From the NCBI RefSeq assembly GCF_964213995.1, contig NC_135823.1, positions 44,640,001 to 44,704,000 on the forward strand: a stretch of DNA of 64,000 bases. The letters are read 5' to 3'. The notes beneath the pieces were generated by a model that saw only the letters and a list, made by a program, of their open reading frames with translations, did no database searches and was not told the DNA's origin. Position 1 is the first letter of the stretch. The number at the start of each line of letters is the position of its first letter. Origin of the DNA: Mustelus asterias (lineage: Eukaryota). This document shows positions 23,991-37,627 of the stretch, piece after piece. The translations under genes and the position numbers were made by a program.

Positions 23991-24534
23991 AATTTTTTTC
24001 TAACACTTTCCAATAATTAAATTTCACTGTAAAGATGTCTCCTAACCTTTCTCTAGGGCCGTATGAAAGTGTAATTATATCCAGCAGGAGAGCTCTAACC
24101 TCAAAACATTGAACCTTGATAACAATAACAGTAATGCTGTACTCGTGACAATTTTGTAATAATAAAGATTTCTTTGTGCGATTTATTTGTTCATGTTGTC
24201 ATACTGATAATATTTTCCATGGCTCTGTGAAGAGATCTTCACCCCCATGGGCAATTTTAAGAAAAGTTGTCATCTTTTCACACACTCTCAGAATTAGATT
24301 CAGCCTACATGATTATATTTTTGGTTAAACAATGCGAATCAATTTTAAGTGAAGTGCGAAGCTTTAACAATATATGATCAAAATGAACATTAATATTCAG
24401 GACTGCTCTACATTTATGTGTTTGGCAAATTATCTTGAATTAATTTTGTTCTTGTACATTGCTAACACATATCTGCATGCAATCTGAAAGTGCCAACAGA
24501 CAAGAATAAATGCTGCCATGGACAGAGCTTATGG

Positions 24535-25275
24535 ATGGAATTTTCCTAAAACATGACTAAGTATCATTTTGGGTGAGAAAACCAGTGGTGCAAATCATGC
24601 CCCCTTCACAACCCCCCTTCACAACCCCCCTTCATGACCTCCCCTTCATGAGCCTCCCTCATGCCATCCCTTCATGACCCCCTACATGCCCCATCACTCG
24701 CAGGCCCCCCCCCCATCAGGACCCACACCCCCTGTAGATCCATGCCTCCCCCCAAGACCCAGCTCCCTTGGAACTGCCCCCAGCATCCTGGCAGCACTGC
24801 CAGGGCAATAGTTGGCACTGCTGGATTGGCATTGCCAGAGTGCCAGTTGACACTGCCAAGTTGGCATTCCCACATGGAAGTGGCCCAGCCATTTCCCCGA
24901 CTAGCTAAGGGTTGCAATGGCCTCCGAGCCCCCGACCCCCACCACCCCACCCCTGCGCTGGCATGGTCATCATGTCTTGTCTCCGTTTGTGTAGATCAGT
25001 AGTAATTCTAATTGGGTTCCCGCTATGCCCAAAGATTGGAGAATCTCAGGGGCAGGGAGAATCTGGCTTCAAAATGGACTAAGCATATTTAAATGCTTAT
25101 TTAAATCTGCTAATCTGGTTCCCTCACTGGGCAGGAATCAGATTACACCCAGGCACAGTGGCTGGGAGGATTGCAACAGGGTTTTGCGCCAGTGCTGAAT
25201 GTGCTAGACCCCTCACTGCAATTCTCCAACCTCACCCTGCCCCAACACAATCTGCGCCAGGCATGATGTGGCCAG
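24535..25275. repeat. Unclassified MITE-like dispersed repeat with C-rich core
   Basis: Shares GGCA-rich and GGAGAATC motifs and overall layout with 60790-61395; low-complexity C tracts. Confidence 0.45.
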
Positions 25276-25734
25276 TAAACTGCGGCCTATGTGTTTAATA
25301 TTGTCTGTGATCAAAGCTTTTTTATGTGTGCGGTTAATGAGTGTTCTTACCCGGAAAGTGGTTTGTCCTGATTTACATAATTTCCAGCAGCAAGCTTTTG
25401 TGAATTTAAAAATAATGAAGGTATTTATTATCACAATATTGCCCAGAACTTTAACATGACATCTCACATCTTATCTCATATGTACAAAGGCCCATAACTT
25501 CCCAGCTCTTGGGTGTGATAACTAGGGTGAGGAACTGCCTACCCTCCAGATGTCACCAGGTAATGTTGCACAGCAATTTCCTGGGGAGTTCAAACTTTTG
25601 TTGCATAATTGCAGTTGGAACCATCCGAAAATATGATATAAATCACAATCTTCAAATGGTTCCACCTGCATTACCAGCACTGTTAACAGAAAAGGTTAGA
25701 AGAATTAAAATCGCTTTTAATGCCACCTTCTCTT

Positions 25735-26215
25735 AACCCCCCACGGAACTCCACCTGTCTATCCCTTAACTCCCCATAACCCCCTCACTGATTCCCTCAG
25801 CCCCTCTTGACTACATTCTCCTAACTGCCCCATGGGACCCCCTTGATCACCTGACTCTCCAATGGACCACTCACCCACTGACCACTTGAGCATCCTGAAC
25901 ACCTAGCCACCACCCAGCCAGTTGACCAATTGTTCCAGACCCCCAAATCACCTGAACCCTACTCCCGAACAACCTACCCCCTCCATTGACCACCCAACCC
26001 CCAAACATCTGATACCCTCACTGAGCACCTGATCCCGACCCCCCCCATTGACCATTCAACATACACACTCACCACCTGCTCCCGCCAACCACCTGGTCCC
26101 CCTCGACCAACTGAAGCACCCCCTAACCAAGCAACCACCTGCCTTCCAAGAGACAGCCTCACCCCCAGCCCCCAACTCTAGCCCACCCATGCTCCTGCCC
26201 ACTTACCTGACAAAC
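25735..26215. repeat. C-rich low-complexity region
   Basis: Strong C/A bias with recurrent CCACC/CCCC. Confidence 0.6.
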
Positions 26216-26714
26216 TTACTTTCTCCATGACTTTTCAAACTGGCTGGACCTTTAAAGTTGTTCTGCAAGAAAAGGGGGCATAATGTCCTCACTTTCAATT
26301 CTGCTGCCAGTGACACAAGATCTTGAGAACATGATGCACAGTAGACAGTTCTTGCCCGGCCTGAGTTGGAGGGTGAGGAGAGAAAGAAAAAGTTGGATTT
26401 TAAGATGTGAAAATAGGGCCAGAATTCTCCAGCCGTTCATGCCAGTGGGATTCTCCAGTCTCGCCTGTGTGTTTTGCAGTGGTGTGGGGTGAACATTAAT
26501 GGAAAATCCCATTGACAATGGTGGGACCAGAAAATTCCATCACTAGCAAACAGCATGCTGGCTTCCAACACTGGGAAACACGTGGAGTGGAGTGGCAATT
26601 GCACTCCATGGGAGTTCAAGGCCAAAGAATAGAAACAGACGAAAAAAAATAACATTACAAGTTAAAATGATTTCAGCCTCTTTCATAGCATGTCTATAGC
26701 TTCCTCAAAGAATT

Positions 26715-27009
26715 ATCATAGAATCCTACAGTGCAGAAGGAGGCACCGACTACAATCCCACCCAGCCCCTATCCCCATAACCCCATGCATTTACCCTAGC
26801 TAGTCCCCCTGACACTAAGGGGCAATTTAGCATGGCCAATTCACCTAACCTGCACATCTTTGGATTGTGGGAGGAAACTTGAGCACCCGGAGGAAACCCA
26901 CGCAGACACGGGGAGAATGTGGAAACTCCACACAGACAGTGACCCAAGCCGGGAATCGAACTCGGGTCCCTGGCGCAGTGAGGCAGCAGTGCTAGCCACT
27001 GTGCTGCCC
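26715..27009 (-). mobile_element. HE1-like V-SINE (CR1-type tail)
   Basis: ATCATAGAATCCTACAGTGCAG...GGGAATCGAACTCGGG...GCTAGCCACTGTGC. Confidence 0.9.
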
Positions 27010-30000
27010 TTGGTTGAACTAAAGCTACAGATGGAATAGAAGTCAGGTGAAAGTAAAGGATTCTCAGTAAGCTGCAATGTTTCTTGCAGTTAAATTGCCA
27101 GGAGGTCAGCACTCAAGTGAACTTGTAGCTGGAACAGTTTGGGGATAGATTCATTGGGTGGGGTTTTATGGCCTCGCTCGAGAAAAATCCCACTCAAGGT
27201 CAACGGACATTTCCATTGCCCACCCCTCGCCCACTCTGATTCCCTGTACATTCTTAGGTGAGAGCCCAGAAATCCATTAGCCTGCAGAAACACCTGCACC
27301 CAGGAAAAACATTACTCGATTTACATATTTGGCTCTCTGATCTATGCTGTCAATTGCACATTTTTTTATTTCCATAAGATCAAGAGATTGCAAGTGTTTA
27401 TAGTTTCTGCTATTGATACTTTAAATTGTCTTGGAGATTGATACTTCTATTGCCCTGTAGTAAAGCTTAGTTTATTTTTAAGGGAGTGGAAAACTGTCAA
27501 TGAAAAACAATTTTTAAAGCATTTTTACACACCTTACTGTAACTATAGCATTAATTGCTTCTATACAGTGTATAGTGTGTGAATGGGTATTTAAGTGCCA
27601 TGGCTTGGCATTGGGAGGGGGTCTATAGGGTTGTTTGCATGGTTGTTTGGCATAGGGAGGATGAGGGGCCATAGGGGTTGTATTGTAGGTTTATCGGGGA
27701 TTTATAGGGGAATAGAAGCATTTACGTGTGATACAGTGTAAGAGAATCAGTCTTGTAGCAGTCATAAGTATTTGAAGTGTTTTACATTTTCCCAATAAAG
27801 ATGTTATTTGATGAAAAGATAAAGATTTTATGTCTATCTGGAGCAACGTTCTCGGTTAACATCACACTGCAAGCGTTCCTCAATGAGAACATTCTCACAG
27901 CTACCCGTATTATCTACATGAGCGCCACAGAGCTCAGCCCAATCTGCCATATGCTGCTGCCAAAGGCCAGGGATGCTAGGTAGCGTATCTGGGCAGGAGA
28001 GACTCCCACGACTGAAACAATGCTAGCCCAAGGGGCTGGTTGTATGTCAGTCAGAGAGAGAAGGCGGGACAGACATCCTGAGGGCTAATATCTGACTCCC
28101 CATTGGGCTACAAGTCATAGTCCATCACTGACTGCCCGGGTGTATTGAGTATGATAGCATGGCAGTTTCATCCTGGGGCACTTGGATATCCCCAAGGTCT
28201 TCACAGACCACCCCAGGCCACTGGATGGCTCGTGGGAGTCAAGGGCTATCTGCTGAGGTTGTGGTTGATGACACCAGTGTGGAAGCCTGAGACTGAGGTG
28301 GAGACTCAATACAATAAGGTCCTTGCTGCCACCTGATCTGTCATTGGGCGGTATATTGGCATGCTGTGCTCCGCAGTATTTGCATCCTACCCTTTATCTG
28401 CAATTGCTCAACTCTTTCAGCTAGGACTGTCTCTCAGCATAATGTATCTCCTGATCTGCTCTGCCATACAAATTGTATGGCTGTTGTTTCACAACTTCTG
28501 CATTTTGACACATGTCCTTTTCTTTCTTTAGCATCAGTTTCTCATCTTTCAGTAGACTTGCTCTTACCAAATGGTCTCTCAAACCTAGGACTAATCTATC
28601 TGAAATCAGATAATCTTTTAGCTGTCTGAATTCACATTATTCTGCTAACTATATTACTGCTGTGACATACCGTTCAATGTTCTCAGCATCACCGTGAATT
28701 CTAGTGTTGAATACATAACGTTCATATATAACATTTACTTGAGGTTCTAAATGTGCATTCAAGGCTTTCAAAATCTTTCTCCTCTTTCTTCTTTGTTCAT
28801 CTTTAGACTTACAGTGGACTTTGTAGCACTCCCTCCCAGCAATGTTAAAAGTATTACTCCTCTTATCATTTCAGTCTCCTTAATTGAGCCTGTTGCAATC
28901 TAATAGTCTTGCCATTGTAATTGGAAAAACTCCCAGTTTTGCATGGAGATGGGATTGGAAAGTTTACTGCAGCCATTTCTATTCACTCAGTAATTTACTT
29001 GCAGTCTTTGTCCTTGTTTCCTTTTTCTCTGCAGCCAGTAATTTCACTTGCAACCTGAGTGTGCTTTTCTTTTGTCTTTTTGTTTTTGCAGATTTTGAAC
29101 CTTTCTGTACTCCTGGGTTCTCAGTGTCTTCGCTGAATCATTTCCGAGATTCAAAATTCTATTTTTTGCCACTCTCTAGCATCATGTTGTAAGCATAAGG
29201 ACAGTTGTGCCCCTCCAATGTGTCTCTGTAAGATTTAACTTATCTCAGGATGTCTGCACCCAGAGGCAGACTCATGGCATGGCCACCTGAATACAGAAAG
29301 ACTGAGGTGTCAATCAGACTGGTTACATTTTAAAACCCCAACATCAGCCACCCCAGATATTTTGGGCTGGGAAGTAGGAGCTAAGGAGCATGATAATTGT
29401 TAGTTATTGCCAATCAAGCTCTCTGGCACTGAACATTAACTATTACTAATGATAAGTCTCATTGATACAGGTTTTGAATCTTTCAGAAAAAAATTTAAAA
29501 ATCCCATTTTTTTCTAACTTTCCTTTTGGTCTCTTTTCTCTCCCTTTCTCTGTTAATCTAATTTCTCTTACCCTCTCTTTATTTATATTTATGTACCTGA
29601 TTTGACATTCAATTCACTGACCTTTCTAGTCCTTTCCATGTTTATTTCTCAATCTTTAAATGTCATTAGTTAAGGAGATGCCCTGTTCACTGAGGACCCA
29701 GATGCCCCATTTCTCTCACTATTGTTATTAACTCAGAGTTTCTGCAACTTTATGGGATTAAGCTGAAGGATGTGGGAGCAAGGTTAACAAATAGTAGACA
29801 CAAGTAAATGCCCAGCTCCTGGTCCAGTAATTTAAAATTACTGATACCAAGGGATTGATGCTTGCAAGCACATTCCAAGCACCTTCATAGATGATCTGGG
29901 ATGCATTAAAACAATGCAAAAGACCATGCAACTCCACAGCAGCGTGATGAAGCCATGAGGGATATTGAACATTTACTTGTTTTGAGTTGGTAGGAAAGTC

Positions 30001-31284
30001 TTATAAATATTGTTCAGCTGATATTCTCCCTATCTCTAATGTTACATTGTTGTATATAACAATAATGTTTCCCATCAACGGGAAAAATGCTTCCAGGAAA
30101 ATTAATTTCCTATAAACGCAATTATCTGCTCGATCATTTTAAAAATGAAATTAGATAGCATTGCAATGTTCATATTATTACGTTTGTCTGGATCTGGATA
30201 TATTTGGATGTTCAGTCACATGTTTAAACAATAAGAGGTTTGTATTCATACAGGACTCAGTAATGGAATCAATAAAGATATGTTACTCAATCACACAGGA
30301 GGAAAAAAGGACTTTGTTTGAAGAGGAATGAATAATTAGCCCACATGATAAGAGTGCTGCAAAATATTAAGACTACTTTCAAGTGAGAATTATTTCACAT
30401 TTACGCTTGTGCATAACTATATCATTCAATAATAACCAGTGTGTTTTAAGATATTGTATGTACAGGTTTCTAGTAAAGATCAAAACTGCATTGTGTTCTA
30501 GTTTTTATAGTTACTAATCTGGCATTGCTCGTGCCTTTTTCACTTTGCCTGGCTTCTCTTGACAAACGATTGACAAACTAATTCCCACTATAGTAAGAGT
30601 GATTTCCAACACCCACCTTCGTACTAAGCGGGTGAAAGTCAAGTTTCGTTTTGCAAATCATTGATACATGCTGTCACATCGGGAACACAACTTTAATAGC
30701 ACAACATGAAGGTAATAAAACAATATTCTTAAAACTAGGGGCTGAGAAAATATAGTCAGATTCCCCTACTTGGGTATTAGTTCTTAAAATATTTGTGAAA
30801 GCAGAGAGCATTGTTTAAGTTATTGTTCAAGTTGTGTTAGAAGACACAATGAATGCTTTGCAATGTATAGTACAATACAGATTCAGCATGGCTGATTTGC
30901 AGGATTAAATCAAATTGTGTTTTATTACTACTGGAGTGTTGTTTTCAGGCTTAAAGTTCTTTTGTGCATAAATCAGTGCCCAAATTGTTATTAAAAATTA
31001 CTTTAACAGTGAATTTGATGCTATCACATAGCTTTACAAGCACGTGTGTAAAGAGAAATGGGACCTACAACAATTGTTGTCAGAGCATCCCACCCGTCCT
31101 TTCTCACCTTCAGCTAATTCCTTGCCTGTTACCAGTTACTTTTTCATCATAATTATTCCTGCCAATAAATTAGTAGCTTTCTCTGAGAAACATTCAAAGA
31201 CTTTTTGAGTTCTTGGTGCAGTTACAACACACAAAGTTAACAAATTGTACATGCTTAAGTATATAAAATAAACAATTGGAAACA

Positions 31285-31900
31285 ACTATTCTCTTCCATG
31301 TCCTTCTGTCGGGGGAAAAAGATACAAAAGTCTGAAAACACATTCCAACAGATTCAAGAACAGATTCTTCCCTGCTATCATCAGACTTTTGAACAGTCTA
31401 TCACATATTAAGCTGATCTTTCTCTTCACCCTATCTGTAACTGCAACACTATATTCTGCACCCTATCCTTATGGCTGGTACGCCTTATGGGCGGCACAGT
31501 GGTCAGCACTGCTGCCTCACAGCGCCAGAGACCTGGGTTCAATTCCAGCCTTGGGTGACTATCTGTGTGGAGTTTGCATGTTCTCCCCGTGTCTGCGTGG
31601 GTTTCCTCTGGGTGCTCTGGTTTCTTTCCACACTCCAAAGATGTGCAGGTTAGGTCAATTGGCCATGCTAAATTGCCCCTTAGTGTCAGGGAAACCAGCA
31701 GGGTAAATATGTGGGGTTATGGGGCCTGGGTGGGATTATTGTTGGTGGAGGCTCGATGGGCCGAATAGCCTCCTTCTGCACAGTCTATGATTCTTTTCCT
31801 TTGTGCCTATGTACTCTATGAACGGTATGCTTTGTCTGTATAATGTGCAAAAGGCAATACTTTGCAATGTATGCCAGTACGTGACGATAATAAATCAAAT
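31285..31900 (+). mobile_element. Rex-Babar 3' fragment containing a nested SINE
   Basis: AGATACAAAAGTCTGAAA...TTCTTCCCTGCT matches the reverse complement of 6360-6450; tail GTGACGATAATAAATCAAATC. Confidence 0.75.
31489..31792 (+). mobile_element. HE1-like V-SINE nested in the Rex fragment
   Basis: GGGCGGCACAGTGGTCAGCACTGCTGCCTCACAGC head; CTATGATTC tail. Confidence 0.88.
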
Positions 31901-31955
31901 CTTATTTCACAGTAACTTTCACAGAAACTTCATTGCAGTGTTAATGCAAACCTAT

Positions 31956-32146
31956 GAGAGAAGAGAGAAAAAAGAGAAAGAGACAGAGAAAAAGAAAGAG
32001 AGAAAGGAGAGAGAGATAAGAGAGAGAAAAAGAAAGAGCGAAAGGAGGGAGAAAAAGAGAGAAAGGATAGAGAAAAGACAAAGAGAAAAGAGAGAGAGGG
32101 AGAAAGAGAAAAAAAGGGAAAGAAAGCTAGCAAGAAAGAAGAGAAA
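31956..32146 (+). repeat. Polypurine (GA-rich) tract
   Basis: About 190 bp of almost only A and G. Confidence 0.95.
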
Positions 32147-32192
32147 TCTCATTAAGCGCGGTTTGCAGTATTTGTCTGTGTTGCTGTCTGGT

Positions 32193-32231
32193 ACAGTAAG
32201 AAGTCTCACAACACCAGGTTAAAGTCCAACA
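32193..32231 (-). mobile_element. 39-bp Penelope-like terminal insertion with 10-bp TSD
   Basis: ACAGTAAGAAGTCTCACAACACCAGGTTAAAGTCCAACA flanked by GCTGTCTGGT at 32183-32192 and 32232-32241. Confidence 0.85.
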
Positions 32232-32279
32232 GCTGTCTGGTTGCCAGCAGGAGTGGACACTGTGCTGGGGATGTGCAAT

Positions 32280-32600
32280 GGGGAGATGTTTCGAGTTGCA
32301 GCGCAATGGGCGGAGTGAGCGCACTGAAGCCCGGGGCTCGCCGTAGAGGGGGGGAGGGGATCACGGGACCGGGTCTCTTGGCAACAAACCCGTCGGCACC
32401 GGCAAGATGGCGAACGTGGTCAACAAAGTTTCTTGGTCCAGCAAGGATGGCGAGGCGAGGCCCGGGGAGGATACCCCGTTACTGAACGGCTCGCCCAGCG
32501 CCTCCCAGAGCCCGGCGCTGCCCCGCCAGGTAAGCCAGCGGCCGCCAGGTGTGCCCATCCCCTCCCCTCTGTCCCCCAGGCCGCTCAGTGTTCAGACCCA
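32280..32600 (+). promoter_or_regulatory. CpG island/promoter of CLCN7
   Basis: High GC and CpG; GC-box GGGCGG at ~32308; RFX-like GTCTCTTGGCAAC at 32373-32385; CAAGATGGCG start context. Confidence 0.75.
32407..32529 (+). CDS. CLCN7: H+/Cl- exchange transporter 7, exon 1
   Basis: MANVVNKVSWSSKDGEARPGEDTPLLNG...RQ versus human MANVSKKVSWSGRD...TPLLNG...RQ; donor CAG|GTAAGC. Confidence 0.95.
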
Positions 32601-33779
32601 ACACGCCCAGCTTCTTACCTCCTGGCTGGCTGCTGTTTGTGGAACCACTCACAGGCTCAATCACTCTGCTGTTAGCAGTACAAACACAAAACAAAAGATC
32701 TGGAGATCTCTCAGCCCCGGGCTGCCTGATTAGCTCACATTTAAAACCATCTTTCTGCCCTCCCAACCCCACAAACAAGAGGAGAATTTCGACAATGGGC
32801 TTCAAACTGTGATGGATTAAAAAGTTGGGTATTGTTGGGTTAGTGGATTCCCCCCCTCCCCCCTCCAATCATTCAGATGTTTGAAATTAGAAAGTCGCTT
32901 CAGGTTTTTTTTATAAAAAACATTTCATGCTTGTGTTCTGATTCATGACCTGTAATTTAAAAAGGGCCAGTGTACCGCTGTAGTTGCTCTAATCATTCCA
33001 TTCTCTACAAGGCTGTGATTTAATCTCTGGGTTCTGATAGTATTTGTAAACAATCAATGGTCACATAAATTTAGATTAGATTACATGATGTGATAACCGC
33101 GAATGGTATTTGTGCTCAGATTCCAACTCTGAAATCATCTTGAAAATGTTGATTGTCTTGCTCTTCTTACATATCATTAACAATCATATGGATGTTGTGG
33201 ACCTGTTGGTGTTGGAAGCCCCAACTAGAGCATTGAGAATATTTTCTCACACAACTTGCTCAGTGTGGCAGTCTGTCTTTGGGTAGGGCACCCTAAACTT
33301 GCTTTCACCAACACTAGTCACACACATTTAATTGACAATTCTTCAGCAAGTCCTCAGATTGCTTGGCATTGTATCATAGGTGTCTGCTTGTTTGCAGCTT
33401 CAGTTGTGTAACTTCTAGACTGTTTCAGAACTGTACAGATGAAGTGTTTTTCTTTCATAGAAGGAAGGGGCATTTGGGCAAATTCTAGATTCTGGGGCTG
33501 ATGACAACAGGAATATATTTGATACGGAATTGTAAATGTCACTGTTGCAACCGAACTTTATTTCATGAACTATTTGGTCTATCATGCTGATGCTGGCTAT
33601 TTGATAACATTTGTGTTTTGTCTTATATCCCAGCCTGTGCATGCAGCTCAGCAACATTATTAGCTATGCTGTGAGCATTGATGTACATATAACTTGGTAC
33701 AATCCTTCAACAACTTTCCTTAATCTGGTCCTTGTAATTTTTAGGATGCTTCCAATTTTACTGCTGTTTATAACCTGTC

Positions 33780-34200
33780 ATCGGGAAGCCTTTTTGCTCA
33801 AGTCACAGGCTTCTGGGTTCACGTCCTACTCCAGGTCTTGAGAACAAAAATGAAGGCTGACTGTGCAGTGGAGTACCTCGGGAGATTTGCATTGTTAGAG
33901 GTGCCACTTTTCAGATGAAATATTAAACAGAGTCACTATCAGCCCACTCAGGTTGAGGTAATGGATCCCAAGGCACTATTTCAAAAAATGGTAGTGGAGT
34001 TATCCCTGGTGTCCTGCGCAATATTATTCCTCAATCGACATCACAGAAAACAGATTCTGGTTATTATTGCATTGCTGTTGTGGGAGCTGGCTGTGTGCAA
34101 ATTGGCTGCCATGTTGCTTACATTACAACTGTGAATATACTTCATTCAATATAAAGAGCTTTGTGTCCGGTGGTCATGAAACACTCCATATAAATGCAAA
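33780..34200 (+). mobile_element. DeuSINE (SacSINE1/AmnSINE1-like)
   Basis: Deu-domain-like GTGCCACTTTTCAGATGAAATATTAAAC...GATCCCAAGGCACTATTT...CCCTGGTGTCCTG; tail ATATAAATGCAA. Confidence 0.72.
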
Positions 34201-36759
34201 ACCTTTTACTCCTCTCAGATATTTTCTTCTTCCCCTCTCCCTGCTTCACACCAGCTCCTCCCAATCCTCCTCTTAAAACCCCGTAAACATATCCTTTTAT
34301 TTCTTTCGCCCTCATCGGTTTTAAATGCCTCAATTACTCTTTGTGGTAAAACAATTCACATTTTTACTACTCTCCTGACACCCCTCCTGAATTCCCTGTT
34401 GGATTTAATAGTGACTATTTCACTTCAATGAATTAAGTTTCTCTTGAAGTGGAAACATTTTCTCTGTCTATCTTGAAAAAAATCTTTAATTTTCAAGACT
34501 TCTTATCAGGTTATGCCTTGGCCTTCCCTTTGAGTGAAAAGACCTCTAGTCTGTTCAGCCTTTCTCGATAGCTATATATGGCCTCCTTATTCTTGCCACC
34601 ACAATGCACAACCCTGCACTTGCATCATTTTGACACTAATTTGCCAAATTGCACACTATTCTGAAAATCTATTAAGATATTGTATTTTGTACATACTTTC
34701 CCAATATTAGCTACATCCCAAATTTGGTGTTTTCTGCAAGTTTTAAAAAACGATACTGGCGATTCCCAAGCCTAAATTCCGGTGTAAAACTGTGAAGTTC
34801 AGTGGTCTAAGCACTGATGCCTGTGAAATACTACTTCTGACCTTTTTGCCATTGGAGTAGTTACCCTTAAGCACTACTGTCAGCACTCTGGCAGTTGGAT
34901 AAGAAAAATACATTGTGTGTGCATCCAAGGTGCAAGAAAAACATGGAAGCCCTTTAGAATTACTAAATAACACTGCTAACAATGTGAAATGAATGGATCT
35001 CAATGTGATCAAGCAGACTTTGGGTTCATATCTCGATGTCAACAAGATTGGTTTAATGTGAATGGTGAAGTCAGCTGACTTCATGATAGGAACAGGAGAG
35101 CACATCAAAATCCACCTGTTGATCCTTGTTTAATGACTTGAGATGGTTGTTTATACAGATCCTTGCCTCAAAGTGTAAATCAGATGGCATCAAGTGCAAG
35201 ACTCCTGTTGGAAAGCTCACAAAACTGAGTTGCAGGGATATGTTGACAGGCAACACATGAGACACTTGTAGACAGAGTTAACAGCTGTTCATGGTATCAG
35301 TAAAGAGCCAAGATAAATCACTGATAATGAATTGAGATGTAATCTGTTAGGAATGGGTGATCAACAATACTAAGTAGCTCTGAAGAAGCATTTGATCACA
35401 TTCTGCATGTTGGATGTTTCACTGATCATTATGAAATAGAAGATGCCATGAAATCAATGCAAAATGGCAAGGTACCAGGATCTTTGTTCCTTTTAAAATT
35501 TAGTTGTTGTGTGCAGGCAGATTTTTCAGGCCTCTTTTAAAATCTTTATATGTGGTTTTGCATGATTTAGCATAAAACTAGGGCTGTGCGGTACCTTCCA
35601 GGCTGCTGTCCGGTTGTGAGCTGTGTAGCATAATGGGAACCAGGATTAGGACAAAATAACATTCCTGGAGATTTACAAGATTGGACACAGAACTCATGTT
35701 TTCCCTATTTGCTGTGCCTAATCTGGAGAGAGAATGTCACGTAGCACCTATAGGACGCAATGTGATATCTGAAAAATGTCACATTTATGTTTCAGGATCA
35801 ATATTCTGTTAGCTTTTTCTGCTGCTTAGTATAGTGGGTAGGAAGTTCTTGGAATCACAATGCAGATTTGTGGCTAGCCTCAAGACCATGAGAAAAGAAA
35901 ACCCAAGATATGATTTTTGGTGTGCATCCTAAATCAGACAAATGAATGAGAGAAACAGGAATTTTAGAAAGAGGCAAGAAAACAAACATTGTGGAGAGGG
36001 AATTATTGTCTTGAAGGATGTCAAATTGCACATTACTGCATGAAAATAAACAGGAATTTAAATACTTCAAGAACAACGCAGTTGATGATATCCATCCATC
36101 CAGCAAAAGTATTTTAAAAACATATTCAAACAATTGTGGCACTAAGTAGCTCCACAGTTCCACAATATGCTTTTTAAAATTTCTCACAGGGTAGGTGAGG
36201 AGTTCTATCTGACAACAGCTTTCAGTTCCAAGTATGACCTCCAAGCATTAAGGGTATGATTATCATTGGCAAGGTAATTTTTATGAACTCTCTCTCAAGT
36301 CTGCCCCAATGGTTAGCTTTCCAGAGTTCCATTTCAATTGACTAACCAACAATAACCTGTTTTCACAATTCACCAACCTCTGATAAAACACTCCGCTCTT
36401 TAGCATTATCAAGCTATTCACATAGCCTTTGAGTTTTTGGACCCTTTGAGTCCCTTCACACAGTGCCTCCAAGAGCCCCTGCATCTGTGTGCTGATTGCC
36501 TTCTGCTTCCAGATCTCTTTTGTGTCTGGCCACATGGCTTCTGTATATTAACGTCCTCCTTGTACCGCTTCCAGGTTAAGGGTCACCAGGTTACGTGAAC
36601 CAGTGTTGTTACTATTATTATTATTCAAGAAAATTACAATTGATCCTACACAACTGATACAAACTTCTAAAGTCATTTTCAAACATACTGAAAACCAATT
36701 AGAGATTCCACAGACATTTTAAAGATTACAAATTTTCCATGTCAAAAGTTGCCATAACT

Positions 36760-37505
36760 ATAAGTGTGAGGCTATCCATTTTGGTTGGAGAAATAAAAAG
36801 GCAGCTTATAACTAAATGGAAAGAAACTTCAAAATGCTTCGGTGCAGAGGGATCTGGGTGTCATTGTGCTCAAATCACAGATGGTTAGTAGGCAGGTGCA
36901 GCAGGTAATAAGGAAGGCAAATGTAATTTTGGCATTCATTAACGAAGTAGAGAAGTGCTGTTGCAATTGTTTAGGGCATTGGTGGGACTGCAGCTGGACT
37001 ACTGCGCACAGTTTTTGTCCCTTTACTTGAGGAAGGATGTAAATGCATTAGAGGCGGTTCAGAGAAAGTTCACTCTGAGAATGAAGGACTTGGCCTATGA
37101 AGAGAGATTGCGAAGTTTAGGCCTATACTCTCTGGGGTTTAACATTATCTTCTGTACCTCAATCGGATCTCATCTCATTCTTCTAAAGGGGGTGGACAGG
37201 ATATATGTAGAGTGGATGTTTCCCTTGTTGGATGTAGTTTTTCACGCAGATTTAAAATGAGGAAGAATTACTTCGCTCAAAGGGTCATGAATCTGTGGAA
37301 TTCTCTTCCCCCAGAGTGCAGTAGATGCCAGAACGCTAAACAAAGGAGGAGATAAATAGGTTTTTGATTAGTGCTGAGATGGAGAGTTATGGAGAGTAGG
37401 CAGGAAGGTGGAGATGAGGCCAACATGAGATCAGCCATGCTCGTATTGAATGGTGGAGCAGGCTCAAGGGGCTGCTTTGCCCACTCCTGCTCCTTGTTCT
37501 TATGT
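36760..37505 (+). mobile_element. Degenerate CR1 3' region
   Basis: QRDLGV...QVQQVIRKAN, LDYCAQF..YLRKDVNALEAVQRKFT; CR1 tail. Confidence 0.85.
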
Positions 37506-37627
37506 ATAACAGGCGCTGCTTAACCTGAGTATTTCCAGCATTTTCCATTTCTTTCAGATTTCTAGTATCTGCAATATTTTACTTTTCTATTGGTACCCTA
37601 AAAGTTAAGCTGCCTTCAGTGAAGTGT

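Noticed and set aside
31803-32222. Highly charged E/K/R-rich ORF
   Set aside because: Translation of the GA-rich tract
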